From: a virus
Length of the DNA stretch: 64,000 nucleotides
Virus record (IMG/VR): IMGVR_UViG_3300033182_000371
Span: 1 to 64,000 of that record
Direction: 5' to 3' (one strand)
The position numbers and the translations under genes are program-made. Below the pieces are notes generated by a model that did not search any database, had not been told where the DNA came from, and was given only the letters and a program-made list of their open reading frames with translations. Shown piece by piece: positions 27,750 through 36,888 of this stretch (within the stretch, counting starts at the first letter, position 1; each line of letters begins with the position of its first letter).

Positions 27750-28161
27750 TCACCAGACTAGTGCCTGGGACTATTGTACTCGTTATCGGTGCAGGTGTCA
27801 ATAATCTGATGATAGGAGGAGCCACTTGTAGCACCGTCACAACTGTAGCGATGACAGCCATAGCACCAACAACAAACCTCCCATTCCTATCAACTTTCTT
27901 CTCAAGTTCACCTATCTTTTCATCGATGTTCTTGAACATACGATCATCATACTTCTGATGATCCTTAATCATTTGGATGATTGCTTGATTCGCCTTGTCG
28001 CCTTCATCGAGTCTATTCTCGTGGCGCTCTAGAATAATGGCAGTTTTATTCGTATTATCTTGAATAGAAGATACTGCACGCTCTAACTTGTCCAGCATTT
28101 CCTTGGACAAGTCTTCGTAGATGCTTAACTTTGACTCAAGAACCCCTAGTTTTCCTAACAT
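27736..28161 (-). CDS. Coiled-coil protein with C-terminal transmembrane helix
   Basis: ORF track; heptad pattern and FVVGAMAVIATVVTVL. Confidence 0.7.
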   Translation of the reverse strand: MLGKLGVLESKLSIYEDLSKEMLDKLERAVSSIQDNTNKTAIILERHENRLDEGDKANQAIIQMIKDHQKYDDRMFKNIDEKIGELEKKVDRNGRFVVGAMAVIATVVTVLQVAPPIIRLLTPAPITSTIVPGTSLVNGLN

Positions 28162-28324
28162 GGTCTAACCAGCGTTTGCGTGAACCTTTACCAAGGTAAA
28201 TGTTTCTTCCAGCAACGGGTCCTTTGGGGTCAGATGTATCAGAAAAACCGCCAGATGCTCCTGGAGCATTGGCGACCATCATCTCTTTCAAGATGTCATA
28301 CACTTTTTGTAAGCGTCGATCCAT
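28136..28324 (-). CDS. Hypothetical protein
   Basis: ORF track; likely start MDRRLQ. Confidence 0.6.
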   Translation of the reverse strand: MDRRLQKVYDILKEMMVANAPGASGGFSDTSDPKGPVAGRNIYLGKGSRKRWLDHVRKTRGS

Positions 28325-28695
28325 CAGACTGCTCGTAACTGTTCTAAACAATACTCGTCATCGATAATATTATTTAGTTCCGTGCGTGGATAATCAGGAA
28401 CTCTGCCAAGATATGTCAAGAAACTTTTAGTACAAGACCAAAGATCTCTGTCTAATTTAAAAAACAACAAAGGAACTCCAGCGTCCCCAAACACATTAAA
28501 AAGGACTATGAAGTGATTAAGAATCAAGTGGGTCCTTAACTCCCCACTGTTCTTATACCTCTTCAGTAGCCTTTTAATATACTTAATTCTTTTTAGATCA
28601 TCATAAAAATCCTCTTCGGTCACCGCTTGAGGATTCTCATAGTTCTTAATGGCAAATAAGAGATAATTGCTATCGTTCAATTCATGAAATTTCAT
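28324..28695 (-). CDS. Conserved T4-like hypothetical protein
   Basis: LFAIKNYENP...DLKRIKYIKRLL...LILNH. Confidence 0.8.
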   Translation of the reverse strand: MKFHELNDSNYLLFAIKNYENPQAVTEEDFYDDLKRIKYIKRLLKRYKNSGELRTHLILNHFIVLFNVFGDAGVPLLFFKLDRDLWSCTKSFLTYLGRVPDYPRTELNNIIDDEYCLEQLRAV

Positions 28696-28705
28696 TCACT
28701 TATTA

Positions 28706-29206
28706 TCACTCGTCAGTAGGATAAGCGATTCCATAATCGCCAGTTTGAATACCAGACATGGCAACAAGAACTTCGCTCTTGACTCTCAGGTTGCCGTGCA
28801 TATCCATGTATGTCATAACACCGACATATCCATGGTGAGCAACAGCATAAGAACCAGAGGTGTCCGTGGAAATACCATAAACCAGAGAGTCTGCTTCGCT
28901 TCTCTCTTCCTGGTAAACGCTATCCTTGACGGTGTACATCGGCAGTTCGCTGATGTAATAAGAGGTAGCGGCGATGCTGGATGCGCTCAGACCCGCATCA
29001 GAATCGATGGTCAGAACTCTATCGCTGGTAATGCCAGTGATAACAGCATCGCCATAGTATGTACCTACGCCGCCACGAGATCCTACTCGGATGACTTGAC
29101 CGACGCTGTAGTCGGTAAAGGTGGTGCCAGTACCAGTTACAGTCAGATTAGCAACGGTAACTGTACCCGCAGTTTCAATGTTGTCGTTAATGCCCCAAAG
29201 AGCCAT
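28706..29206 (-). CDS. Probable virion structural protein
   Basis: MALWG start, T/G/V-rich beta protein, RVKSEVLVAM; late promoter TATAAATA at 29240-29247. Confidence 0.7.
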   Translation of the reverse strand: MALWGINDNIETAGTVTVANLTVTGTGTTFTDYSVGQVIRVGSRGGVGTYYGDAVITGITSDRVLTIDSDAGLSASSIAATSYYISELPMYTVKDSVYQEERSEADSLVYGISTDTSGSYAVAHHGYVGVMTYMDMHGNLRVKSEVLVAMSGIQTGDYGIAYPTDE

Positions 29207-29249
29207 GTCCTTACGCCCAAACTACAGTTTTCGTACAATTATTTATAAG

Positions 29250-29453
29250 TCAAGCATCCTCGCGGTTTCTGATTGCAGCAGAAACTGCTTCCAGAAGCTT
29301 GTCATCCATATCGGTTTTGGTCAGTTTAACTGCCTTACCGAGAATGACCAGACAGATTTCGATAAGTTTTTCGCCAAGTTCCTCGTTCTCGGGAATCTTA
29401 GCAACAGCATCGGAGATAATTTTCGATGCTAAGGGAAGTAAAAATCCTAACAT
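29250..29453 (-). CDS. Hypothetical protein
   Basis: ORF track. Confidence 0.7.
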   Translation of the reverse strand: MLGFLLPLASKIISDAVAKIPENEELGEKLIEICLVILGKAVKLTKTDMDDKLLEAVSAAIRNREDA

Positions 29454-29484
29454 GATTTGAAAGGCAACGCCTTTCTATATAGGC

Positions 29485-30624
29485 TCAATCTCTCGCAGAG
29501 TCGTATTTAGATCTTGCCTGAGATTCCTTCTTTTCTTTAGAAGTCAGTCCATACTTAGAAATACGCTTGTTAGTCTTCTTGATTCTCTCTTGACTCAGTT
29601 CACCTTCGGTCTGTTTACGACCTCTTTCACTTTTCTCTTCACGAGAACCAGGGTGCTCCTTACGGAACTTGCTGGTGATACCTTCATACTTTCCCTCTTT
29701 CTCGTATCCAGCAACCTTCTTGCCCTTCTCTTCGATATCTGGTCTGCGAGTTCCCTCTGCAATGGCAGCGATCTCTTCTTTTACAGATTTCTTCTCAGGA
29801 AGTTTAGTATGCTTAGTGGAGGCAAAATCCTTCACATCCTTCTTGTTCATGCTGGCAGCAACTTTGGCAACCTCAGGCGACGCTGCTCTCTCACCTTTCT
29901 GAGCAGCTCTGACCATACCCATGAAACGCTGCTGCTTTCTAGAGACTGCCTTTTCATTGACCTGTTCAACTTCTTCGGACACTCCTCTTGCCCTATTCAT
30001 CGCATCATTAAATTTCTTATTTCTATCAGAGACCATTCCCTTGACTTTCTTGATGGCTTCCTGACCAATCTTAGTGCCAGCGATAGCAGTTCCTGCCATC
30101 AAACCAAGTTTAATAGCAGTAGCTGCTGCTTCATCAACTTGCTCTTCTTCCTTTACACAGTTAGGAACTTCTTTGCCACCCTTCTTCTTAGTTCCCTTAG
30201 CAACATATCCATCCCAACACTTACCCGCACCGACATTCTTCCGTGCCTGCTTCAACCCTTCTTGAATATCAGGATTGATTTTGATTACATTCTTTACGGG
30301 TTTCTCTTCAATAGTTAACTCTTTTTCGTCAGAGTTCGTCGCCTTCTCGGCGGGATAAAGCTTTTTTTCGGTTAAGTCTCCAACCTTTTGACGCAGAGTC
30401 GCTTCTACTTCTTCCTTCTTAACACGCTTTGCTTTATCAGCAGCAATAGCAGCACCAACTGCCTTACGACGATTTCTCAGATAAGAATCGGACTTATCAG
30501 AGTCACCATCATTATCAATATCAGCGTCTTCCTTACCAACAGGATCCAACTTTTCGGTAATAAAAACATTTGCCATGCTGTTAAGCATGATCTGCTCGGC
30601 GCTATCTTCAATAAAGTTTTTCAT
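29485..30624 (-). CDS. Modular late protein (DxDxDG, CWDGY-VPNC and DUF3008-like modules)
   Basis: TATAAATA at 30657-30664; modules DADIDNDGD, CWDGY...VPNC, KAVSRKQQRFMG...KDFASTKH. Confidence 0.75.
   Translation of the reverse strand: MKNFIEDSAEQIMLNSMANVFITEKLDPVGKEDADIDNDGDSDKSDSYLRNRRKAVGAAIAADKAKRVKKEEVEATLRQKVGDLTEKKLYPAEKATNSDEKELTIEEKPVKNVIKINPDIQEGLKQARKNVGAGKCWDGYVAKGTKKKGGKEVPNCVKEEEQVDEAAATAIKLGLMAGTAIAGTKIGQEAIKKVKGMVSDRNKKFNDAMNRARGVSEEVEQVNEKAVSRKQQRFMGMVRAAQKGERAASPEVAKVAASMNKKDVKDFASTKHTKLPEKKSVKEEIAAIAEGTRRPDIEEKGKKVAGYEKEGKYEGITSKFRKEHPGSREEKSERGRKQTEGELSQERIKKTNKRISKYGLTSKEKKESQARSKYDSARD
30148..30255 (-). repeat. Copy 2 of the 108-nt coding module
   Basis: Aligns to 21218-21325. 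Confidence 0.9.
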
Positions 30625-30648
30625 CGAACCTAAAAGCTCTGCTGTCTG

Positions 30649-31848
30649 CTATCTTTTATTTATAAACGACTTGACTTTTTCAAGTGGAGTAAGGGATTGT
30701 ACATACTCTCGGTAGGAATCTGTACCTATTTCTCTCTTCGAAGCAGGAACTCCAGAAGGAATGCGAGAGACATACTCAGTCAAGTCTCTAATCCAAGACT
30801 TGAACATAATACCCTCATTTGTAACTGCAATTACATGGTTAGCACCACGGCGAATGATTCTACCAACTAATCCAGTGTTAAGAGATTCTACAAGAGAACC
30901 CATTCCAAAGATATTACCATAAAGATAATTCTCTCTGAGTGTTTTTGAATCATACTTAGGAGCAATTTGCCACAGTTCAATACCCTCGGTAGTCGCTGCA
31001 GTTGCCATAGATCTTTGAACTGTATTGAACAGTTCTCTAGCAACTACACCCTTTGCTGCTTTTGGCAATCCTTTCCTGAAAGATTCATAATCTCCATCTG
31101 CTGCTAGTGCTCGTAATTTCGAAGCAGACATGCCCTCGACCCCTTCAGCATCGGGGTCCCGTTCTCCAGCAGAGATGACATTAATCGCATCAAAATTATA
31201 GAGTTGTCCGTTGTATTTGTTTGCGAGGTTCTCAAACTCCTTTTGTCTGTCAGCACCAACCACGATGTTGATGCCACTATATCCTTCGACATCGGCTTGT
31301 TTTAACGCATCAAAAATAGTACGAATTGCGGGATCATATACAATTGCATTTGCATGATCAGGGAACATCTTCTTCATGAAGAGAACCTTGGTCTCAGAAT
31401 CAAGAGGATTCTTTTGAGGATCTACAGAATGAGAAGGATAAACAATATACTCCTCACCATCAGCAGTCTTTTTAATTGTATCTAAAAGTTTTTCGTGACC
31501 AGATGTGGGAGGATTGAATCTACCAAATCCAATGGTAAGAGTCCCTCTAGTTTTTTCTACTTCTTCAACTTCTCCTTCTTCAGGTTGCATTCCACCTTTT
31601 CCAGGAGCAGGTGGTGGTGGTTGGTCAGGAAGTGTTCCTCTGGCAGCAGGTCCAGGTCTTGTGGGATCACTCTCTTGTGCGGGTTTTCTGCCACTGGTGA
31701 ATACCAATTCACCTTCGACTGTTCTTCCTACAATTCTACCCTGAGGATCTAACCACGATCCATGACCGTCACCCTTCAAACCAAGCTTCTTCGCTTGCTT
31801 TGCAGCGTTAGTCTGTGCCTCGTTCAAAAACTGGAAGAAACTCTTCAT
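30649..31848 (-). CDS. Cytidylyltransferase-like (HIGH-fold) nucleotidyltransferase
   Basis: FGRFNPPTSGH, KNPL, VVGADR, MSASKLR; late promoter at 31889-31896. Confidence 0.88.
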   Translation of the reverse strand: MKSFFQFLNEAQTNAAKQAKKLGLKGDGHGSWLDPQGRIVGRTVEGELVFTSGRKPAQESDPTRPGPAARGTLPDQPPPPAPGKGGMQPEEGEVEEVEKTRGTLTIGFGRFNPPTSGHEKLLDTIKKTADGEEYIVYPSHSVDPQKNPLDSETKVLFMKKMFPDHANAIVYDPAIRTIFDALKQADVEGYSGINIVVGADRQKEFENLANKYNGQLYNFDAINVISAGERDPDAEGVEGMSASKLRALAADGDYESFRKGLPKAAKGVVARELFNTVQRSMATAATTEGIELWQIAPKYDSKTLRENYLYGNIFGMGSLVESLNTGLVGRIIRRGANHVIAVTNEGIMFKSWIRDLTEYVSRIPSGVPASKREIGTDSYREYVQSLTPLEKVKSFINKR

Positions 31849-31850
31849 GA

Positions 31851-32459
31851 TTATTTTGCAAATACCCGCCGTGTATTCTCCGCAACTCTATTTATATTAA
31901 AGGATACAGTCATACGAAGATGTTTACTATCATTCTTCTTAACAAAGTGCTTCAAGTGGGATGGAAAGATTAGTATGTCTCCCTCTTCTACAGGGATATC
32001 GGTATGTTCCAAGATGTGAGGATTCAATCTTTCATCCATAATGTTTCCATCAAACATGAAAGAAAATATATTATCTAGAGGATTGCAAAATGTTGTTCCT
32101 TCATGCTCAAGAGGATCAAACATCACATAATGGATAGCAGAATAAAATCCAGGAAGATGAGTGTGAGGTTCTTGGTAATGAGAACGCTCATAGGTATTCA
32201 ACCAAATCTCATAGATGTGAGGTTTTTCTAAAAGTCCAATATCCTTTCTCCACTGTTGCAAAACACCAGTATAATTATCACTAATCTCTTGAGGGAATGC
32301 ACCTTCAAATTCTGTCCTGACATTACAAAACCAACCAGAAGGAGTTCCATTGATAGAAAAATCCTTATAGGAGTTATACCTATCCAGCATGTGCTGTTTT
32401 ATTTCTGTGGGGTCAAGGTGATATTTGTATATTCTTTGAGGAAACAAATCAATGTACAT
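31851..32459 (-). CDS. 2OG-Fe(II) oxygenase-like protein (TIGR02466-like)
   Basis: WLN, PHTH, EGDILIFPSHLKH, RMTVSFN. Confidence 0.85.
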   Translation of the reverse strand: MYIDLFPQRIYKYHLDPTEIKQHMLDRYNSYKDFSINGTPSGWFCNVRTEFEGAFPQEISDNYTGVLQQWRKDIGLLEKPHIYEIWLNTYERSHYQEPHTHLPGFYSAIHYVMFDPLEHEGTTFCNPLDNIFSFMFDGNIMDERLNPHILEHTDIPVEEGDILIFPSHLKHFVKKNDSKHLRMTVSFNINRVAENTRRVFAK

Positions 32460-32460
32460 A

Positions 32461-33795
32461 TTAACCAAAAATAATGTCTCTAGCGTTACCAAATTGTCCT
32501 TTGAGAAGAGATTTAAACTCTGGTGTTAAGAATGCTTGGAACTGTGGTTGGGATTTAAAGTCACCCTTATATCTTAACTCAAGATCCAGCAATTCTAACT
32601 TACCAGACTTCACTTTGAAATACAACTTAGCAGCGTTTGATGCCTGAGTTTTTGCTTTATCAATATCAATAACTTTAGGTTGCTTTCTAAGATAAGCAAG
32701 TGCCAATCCAACACTATCAATACCAATACACTGACCTGTACCTAGATTAATATTCATGCCAGTTGACTTAGATATAGTAACCTGTCCTACACCAGTTGTC
32801 AAGATAAACTCAAAGTCATTTTGAGTATACTCACTCATCGTATCAAGAAGACTTTTCTTTAAGATGAGGTTAATAAGAGTGTCAGCAAACAATTGCTCAT
32901 TCTGTTTAATGATACCAAGAAATTGACTGTACAAAGCGTTGGGTTGATTGCCAACCTTACCAAGTTTTGCATTGACAAAATCCCTCATCGCATTCGCATC
33001 AGTCTTAGAAATTTCTGATGTATTCAGGAGTGCAGGATCAGAGACCATGCTAATACTTTTAAGATTGATCAAGGGAACTGTTGTTGGTTTCCCATTCTTC
33101 ATAATACCAATTTTGGTATTCCAAAGTTTTTCTGCAGGAGCATTTCTAGGATCAGTACCATCTGGAAGTTGTGCAATACCAACTAACGGCCCATTGGTCA
33201 ATGCTTCTTTTATAACTCCAGCAAAGAAATTTTGTCTTGCTGTTTGAAGCTGTGTCTTAATCCTAGCGAACTGTGGTCCATTGAGAACCGTATCAAATGC
33301 TTTGTTGATAAGAGTGGGATCCGCCGCTGTCCCCTTCGGTTTCTTTTTTAGCGACACTCCCACATAATTTCTACCATACTGTAAAATCAAATCGGATGAG
33401 TTGTAGTCCGCCATTCCAAATGCAGCGAACTTAAATTGCTGAACCGCAGCTGGCCATTGCGTACCAGTTAGATATACCGCATTAGGAACACTGTTGGCAG
33501 AAATTCCCTTCATAGTAGAACTAGCAGCAAGATATTGTCTAACTGCTTTAACTGCAGAAATTCCTACTACTAAGTCAGAATAAAACTTATCTGTTTTAGC
33601 ACTCGTTGATAGTGTGATTGCTTTCTCAAAATCCTGCTTTACTTTACCAGCCCCAACAACTCCAGCACTCATGTACCTTTGATACATGATGTTGTAGAAG
33701 TTTTGCAGACTGGTCTCATTAGCAACCGCCGCATCCATTTCTTGATTAGTGCATAAAGCACAACCAGCAAAAAAACCTTCTGACGGTTCAGCCAT
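32461..33795 (-). CDS. Hypothetical protein, possible PD-(D/E)XK-fold nuclease
   Basis: SSDLIL...GVSLKKK motif; function inferred only weakly. Confidence 0.55.
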   Translation of the reverse strand: MAEPSEGFFAGCALCTNQEMDAAVANETSLQNFYNIMYQRYMSAGVVGAGKVKQDFEKAITLSTSAKTDKFYSDLVVGISAVKAVRQYLAASSTMKGISANSVPNAVYLTGTQWPAAVQQFKFAAFGMADYNSSDLILQYGRNYVGVSLKKKPKGTAADPTLINKAFDTVLNGPQFARIKTQLQTARQNFFAGVIKEALTNGPLVGIAQLPDGTDPRNAPAEKLWNTKIGIMKNGKPTTVPLINLKSISMVSDPALLNTSEISKTDANAMRDFVNAKLGKVGNQPNALYSQFLGIIKQNEQLFADTLINLILKKSLLDTMSEYTQNDFEFILTTGVGQVTISKSTGMNINLGTGQCIGIDSVGLALAYLRKQPKVIDIDKAKTQASNAAKLYFKVKSGKLELLDLELRYKGDFKSQPQFQAFLTPEFKSLLKGQFGNARDIIFG

Positions 33796-33796
33796 G

Positions 33797-33822
33797 AAAA
33801 AAGAGGGAGTTCTATTCCCTCT
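33797..33822 (-). terminator. Intrinsic terminator
   Basis: AGAGGGA/TCCCTCT followed by a T run. Confidence 0.65.
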
Positions 33823-34009
33823 TATTTAGATAGTCCTTTTCATTCTGATAAGGATGTTTTTCTCCAGTCCAAAGTTGATATCCTTCAACAAGATCTGGAA
33901 TTAACCACTGGTCCACCCGATAGCAATACTGCCAGTTAACAGGTTGAATACAATTCATCACGACAACTTGAAAGAATGCTGTCAGGTGGATCCAAAGAGA
34001 AAGCATCAA
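33812..34009 (-). CDS. Hypothetical protein
   Basis: ORF track; ATGA-type overlap with mazG. Confidence 0.65.
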   Translation of the reverse strand: MMLSLWIHLTAFFQVVVMNCIQPVNWQYCYRVDQWLIPDLVEGYQLWTGEKHPYQNEKDYLNKRE

Positions 34010-34659
34010 CGATCCCCTGCTTTACGATTTTCGGAATAGTAAGCATCAAAGGTTCCTTCGGGATAACGAGCAGCGAGTTTGCTGATGTTACGATCCAGAA
34101 CTGCCTCAAGAGAAATGTCCAGTGCCATACATGCCTGAGCAACATACCACATAACATCACCAAGTTCAATCTTTAGGTGATCAATGTTGTCCGAATTCCA
34201 GGGTTTGCCTTGGAAGGTGATCTTCTTAACGATCTCCATGAACTCACCACCCTCAGCAGCAATGCCAACAGCAGCAGTCAGGAGACGCTGGATGTCGCAA
34301 CCTTGTGCTTGCAGGGCAGCAACACGAGCAATGAACTGGGCATTGTCCTTAGAAGGAGCACTAGTGACCTGATCAACGAACTCAATATAATTACCATACT
34401 TTTTGGGTTGTTCGTTAGTAACTACCACTTGCATGTTTTGTACTGCTTCTTGCTGTTGTTTGGCAGGAGTTGGTTGTGCTGCAGGGACACCTTGAGGTCC
34501 AGTAGGATTGTTGGGATTGTCTTGCCACTGCTCAGTACCAGGATCTCCAGGCTCCATCTCCCAAAATTCCTTTGCACGAGGACGACGGGGAGCAACAGGT
34601 TGTTGAGGACGCTGAGGTTCGGGAAGATTATCAGCGATTGCAGAGGAATAAGTAGGCAT
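34006..34659 (-). CDS. mazG: MazG-like nucleotide pyrophosphohydrolase with P/Q-rich N-terminal extension
   Basis: AEGGEFMEIVKK, ELGDVMWY, NISKLAARY. Confidence 0.92.
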   Translation of the reverse strand: MPTYSSAIADNLPEPQRPQQPVAPRRPRAKEFWEMEPGDPGTEQWQDNPNNPTGPQGVPAAQPTPAKQQQEAVQNMQVVVTNEQPKKYGNYIEFVDQVTSAPSKDNAQFIARVAALQAQGCDIQRLLTAAVGIAAEGGEFMEIVKKITFQGKPWNSDNIDHLKIELGDVMWYVAQACMALDISLEAVLDRNISKLAARYPEGTFDAYYSENRKAGDR

Positions 34660-34664
34660 AATAA

Positions 34665-35534
34665 TTATTCAAAGTGAGTTTGCTTGGGGTGATAGTTGAA
34701 CAAAGTATCAAGTCTGAAATGCTCCCAGCTATAGGAGACAGTATCTATGTATCTCTCCTCAAAATCCAAATCTTCTGGAGATATAAAGTAGAAGATGGAG
34801 AGCATTAGTCTTTGTCTATCACTGAACCAATTAGGTTCAATGTAGGCATTGTGCAGATTCGTGGTCGGATACAACACTAGACTATTATACTCCATGGTGG
34901 CGGAAGTTTCAAATTTAAAATCCTCATAGTCTTTTATTTGAAACCAAGATCCAACATCTAGTTCTTCGTGTCTACGATAAAAATTTTCTAGAGTGTTCTT
35001 ATCGTTACGATTAAAATCTAATGAGTTTGTTTTTCCCTTCCAAGACCAAAATCCCGTAGAAACTGGATCATTACTTTTAGTGAAATTGATGTTAGCAACA
35101 AGACATGGAATTGGATCAAAAGAATCAAAGACAGGAACATCAATATGTGGATAGCAACAGAGACTACTAGTAGCATCTAGTGTCATATCTGCACTAGTAC
35201 ATTGACAGTACAAATCAAAGATGTCCATTTTAGAAACGCCAAACAAAGGTTTGACTCTTTCTTCTATCTGATTTGAAATTTGATCTTGAATAATTTCTGG
35301 AAAGTTATGTGTAAGACCAGGACGAATGATTTGAGTGTTTTTGATTTCTCTGGTTTCCCAGTAATCAAGATTCTCAAAAAACTCAGATACTAAGTCTGGG
35401 TTTTTGTAGACATCATTTGCCACAAGAACAGGAACTTTGCCATCCAACAGCAGGTATTCAAACTCTAAGTTGTTAACCTCAGAGATTTGATTCCAAATTT
35501 TATTTGCTGATCTAATCAAACTTAAATCCCTCAA
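34665..35534 (-). CDS. 2OG-Fe(II) oxygenase-like protein (DUF6445-like)
   Basis: DVYKNPD, PHID, TGFW, YNSLVLY...LH..R. Confidence 0.7.
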   Translation of the reverse strand: MRDLSLIRSANKIWNQISEVNNLEFEYLLLDGKVPVLVANDVYKNPDLVSEFFENLDYWETREIKNTQIIRPGLTHNFPEIIQDQISNQIEERVKPLFGVSKMDIFDLYCQCTSADMTLDATSSLCCYPHIDVPVFDSFDPIPCLVANINFTKSNDPVSTGFWSWKGKTNSLDFNRNDKNTLENFYRRHEELDVGSWFQIKDYEDFKFETSATMEYNSLVLYPTTNLHNAYIEPNWFSDRQRLMLSIFYFISPEDLDFEERYIDTVSYSWEHFRLDTLFNYHPKQTHFE

Positions 35535-36888
35535 ACTTGTTAGTCTTCACAAATGCTTCTGCATTCTCTTCGTTTCCACTATCATGAAGACTTCCGCCTT
35601 CAGACTGTTCACAATCATACAGTCTCATCTTTGCCCTGTCAATACCCACAACAAATCTCTTGTTTACTGTTGGATCGTTGTACCTGTTCTTCAACTGCTT
35701 CACCATAATTTGCCCGAGTCCTTCAAGATCTTCAGATGAAATAAGGGCAAACATAAGATCAGCAGTAGCAGGGAGCCCAAAGGACTCGCTAGTGTCAGTG
35801 ATGTCAACATCACTGCTACTATAACCAGAACGAGTGGTCTGGGTGGCAGATACGATAGGGACCTCTGCTTCGACAGCAAGTCCTCTAAGTTCTTCAGCAA
35901 TAGCCTTGATATAGCTATATGAATTGACACCAATCGCCCCGCGATAGCGTGAGGAAGCGCATATATTAAGGTAATCGATGAAAATAATATCAGGACGAAA
36001 AGATTTCTTGAGTGCCAGATCGTTGAGAAGAGATTTGAAATGTCCTGCATGGGCAGATGCAGTTGGGTATTCTTTAATTATAAGAGTACCTTGAGTCTTT
36101 GCAGCAACTTTTGCTACTTTTGTCTCGAACATCTGACGAGGAAGTTCCACTAGATCTCTGATGTTAACATCAAGCAGATTAGCATCAATTCTTTCTGCAA
36201 TTTTCTCTTCAGCCATTTCAAGCGTGATGTATAAGACATTCTTGCCCTGTAATAGCACCGAGCTTGCGACATGACACATAAACAAAGACTTACCAACGCC
36301 TGTGCCAGCCAGAGCAATGTTAAGTGTTTTATTAGGGAGACCGCCTTTCGTAATCTTGTTAAAGTACTCAAGGTCGAACGGGATCTTTGATTCCCGTTTG
36401 TGATAAGATTCGTAGCGTTGCTCATAGTCTTCAAGATAATCATGTCCAATGTGATTATCAAACGAGACTGCAAGTGCATCCGACAGAATGCTAGGGATTG
36501 CATCTCTAGTTTTCTTGGAATCTTTGCCGTCTGCAATTTGAATTGATTCCATTAGTGCCAAATAAATGGCACGATCACGACACCACTTTTCAGTGGCGTC
36601 AAGTAACCATTGAGTGTGAGTCTCTGCCTCACGAAGAATTTCAACCAGTTTAAGAGCGTCTTTGAACTCTTGCTCAGAAAGATCTCCCCTATTCTGAATT
36701 TCAATACTAAGGATCTCAGGAGTAAGAATCTTGTCATATTCCTGAGCAAAAGAAGTAATCTCCTCAAAGACAATTTTTTCAACACGCTCCTGAAAATATT
36801 CAGGGTCAATAAAGGGAAGGACTTTCCTTAGAAACTCTTCATCGTGAACAAGATTTCTAAGGATAGTGAGTTCAATACGATCATTCAT
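35512..36888 (-). CDS. gp41: Replicative helicase (T4 gp41)
   Basis: AGTGVGKS, TLEM, IDYLNI, SATQ, SESFGLP, KNRY. Confidence 0.98.
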   Translation of the reverse strand: MNDRIELTILRNLVHDEEFLRKVLPFIDPEYFQERVEKIVFEEITSFAQEYDKILTPEILSIEIQNRGDLSEQEFKDALKLVEILREAETHTQWLLDATEKWCRDRAIYLALMESIQIADGKDSKKTRDAIPSILSDALAVSFDNHIGHDYLEDYEQRYESYHKRESKIPFDLEYFNKITKGGLPNKTLNIALAGTGVGKSLFMCHVASSVLLQGKNVLYITLEMAEEKIAERIDANLLDVNIRDLVELPRQMFETKVAKVAAKTQGTLIIKEYPTASAHAGHFKSLLNDLALKKSFRPDIIFIDYLNICASSRYRGAIGVNSYSYIKAIAEELRGLAVEAEVPIVSATQTTRSGYSSSDVDITDTSESFGLPATADLMFALISSEDLEGLGQIMVKQLKNRYNDPTVNKRFVVGIDRAKMRLYDCEQSEGGSLHDSGNEENAEAFVKTNKFEGFKFD

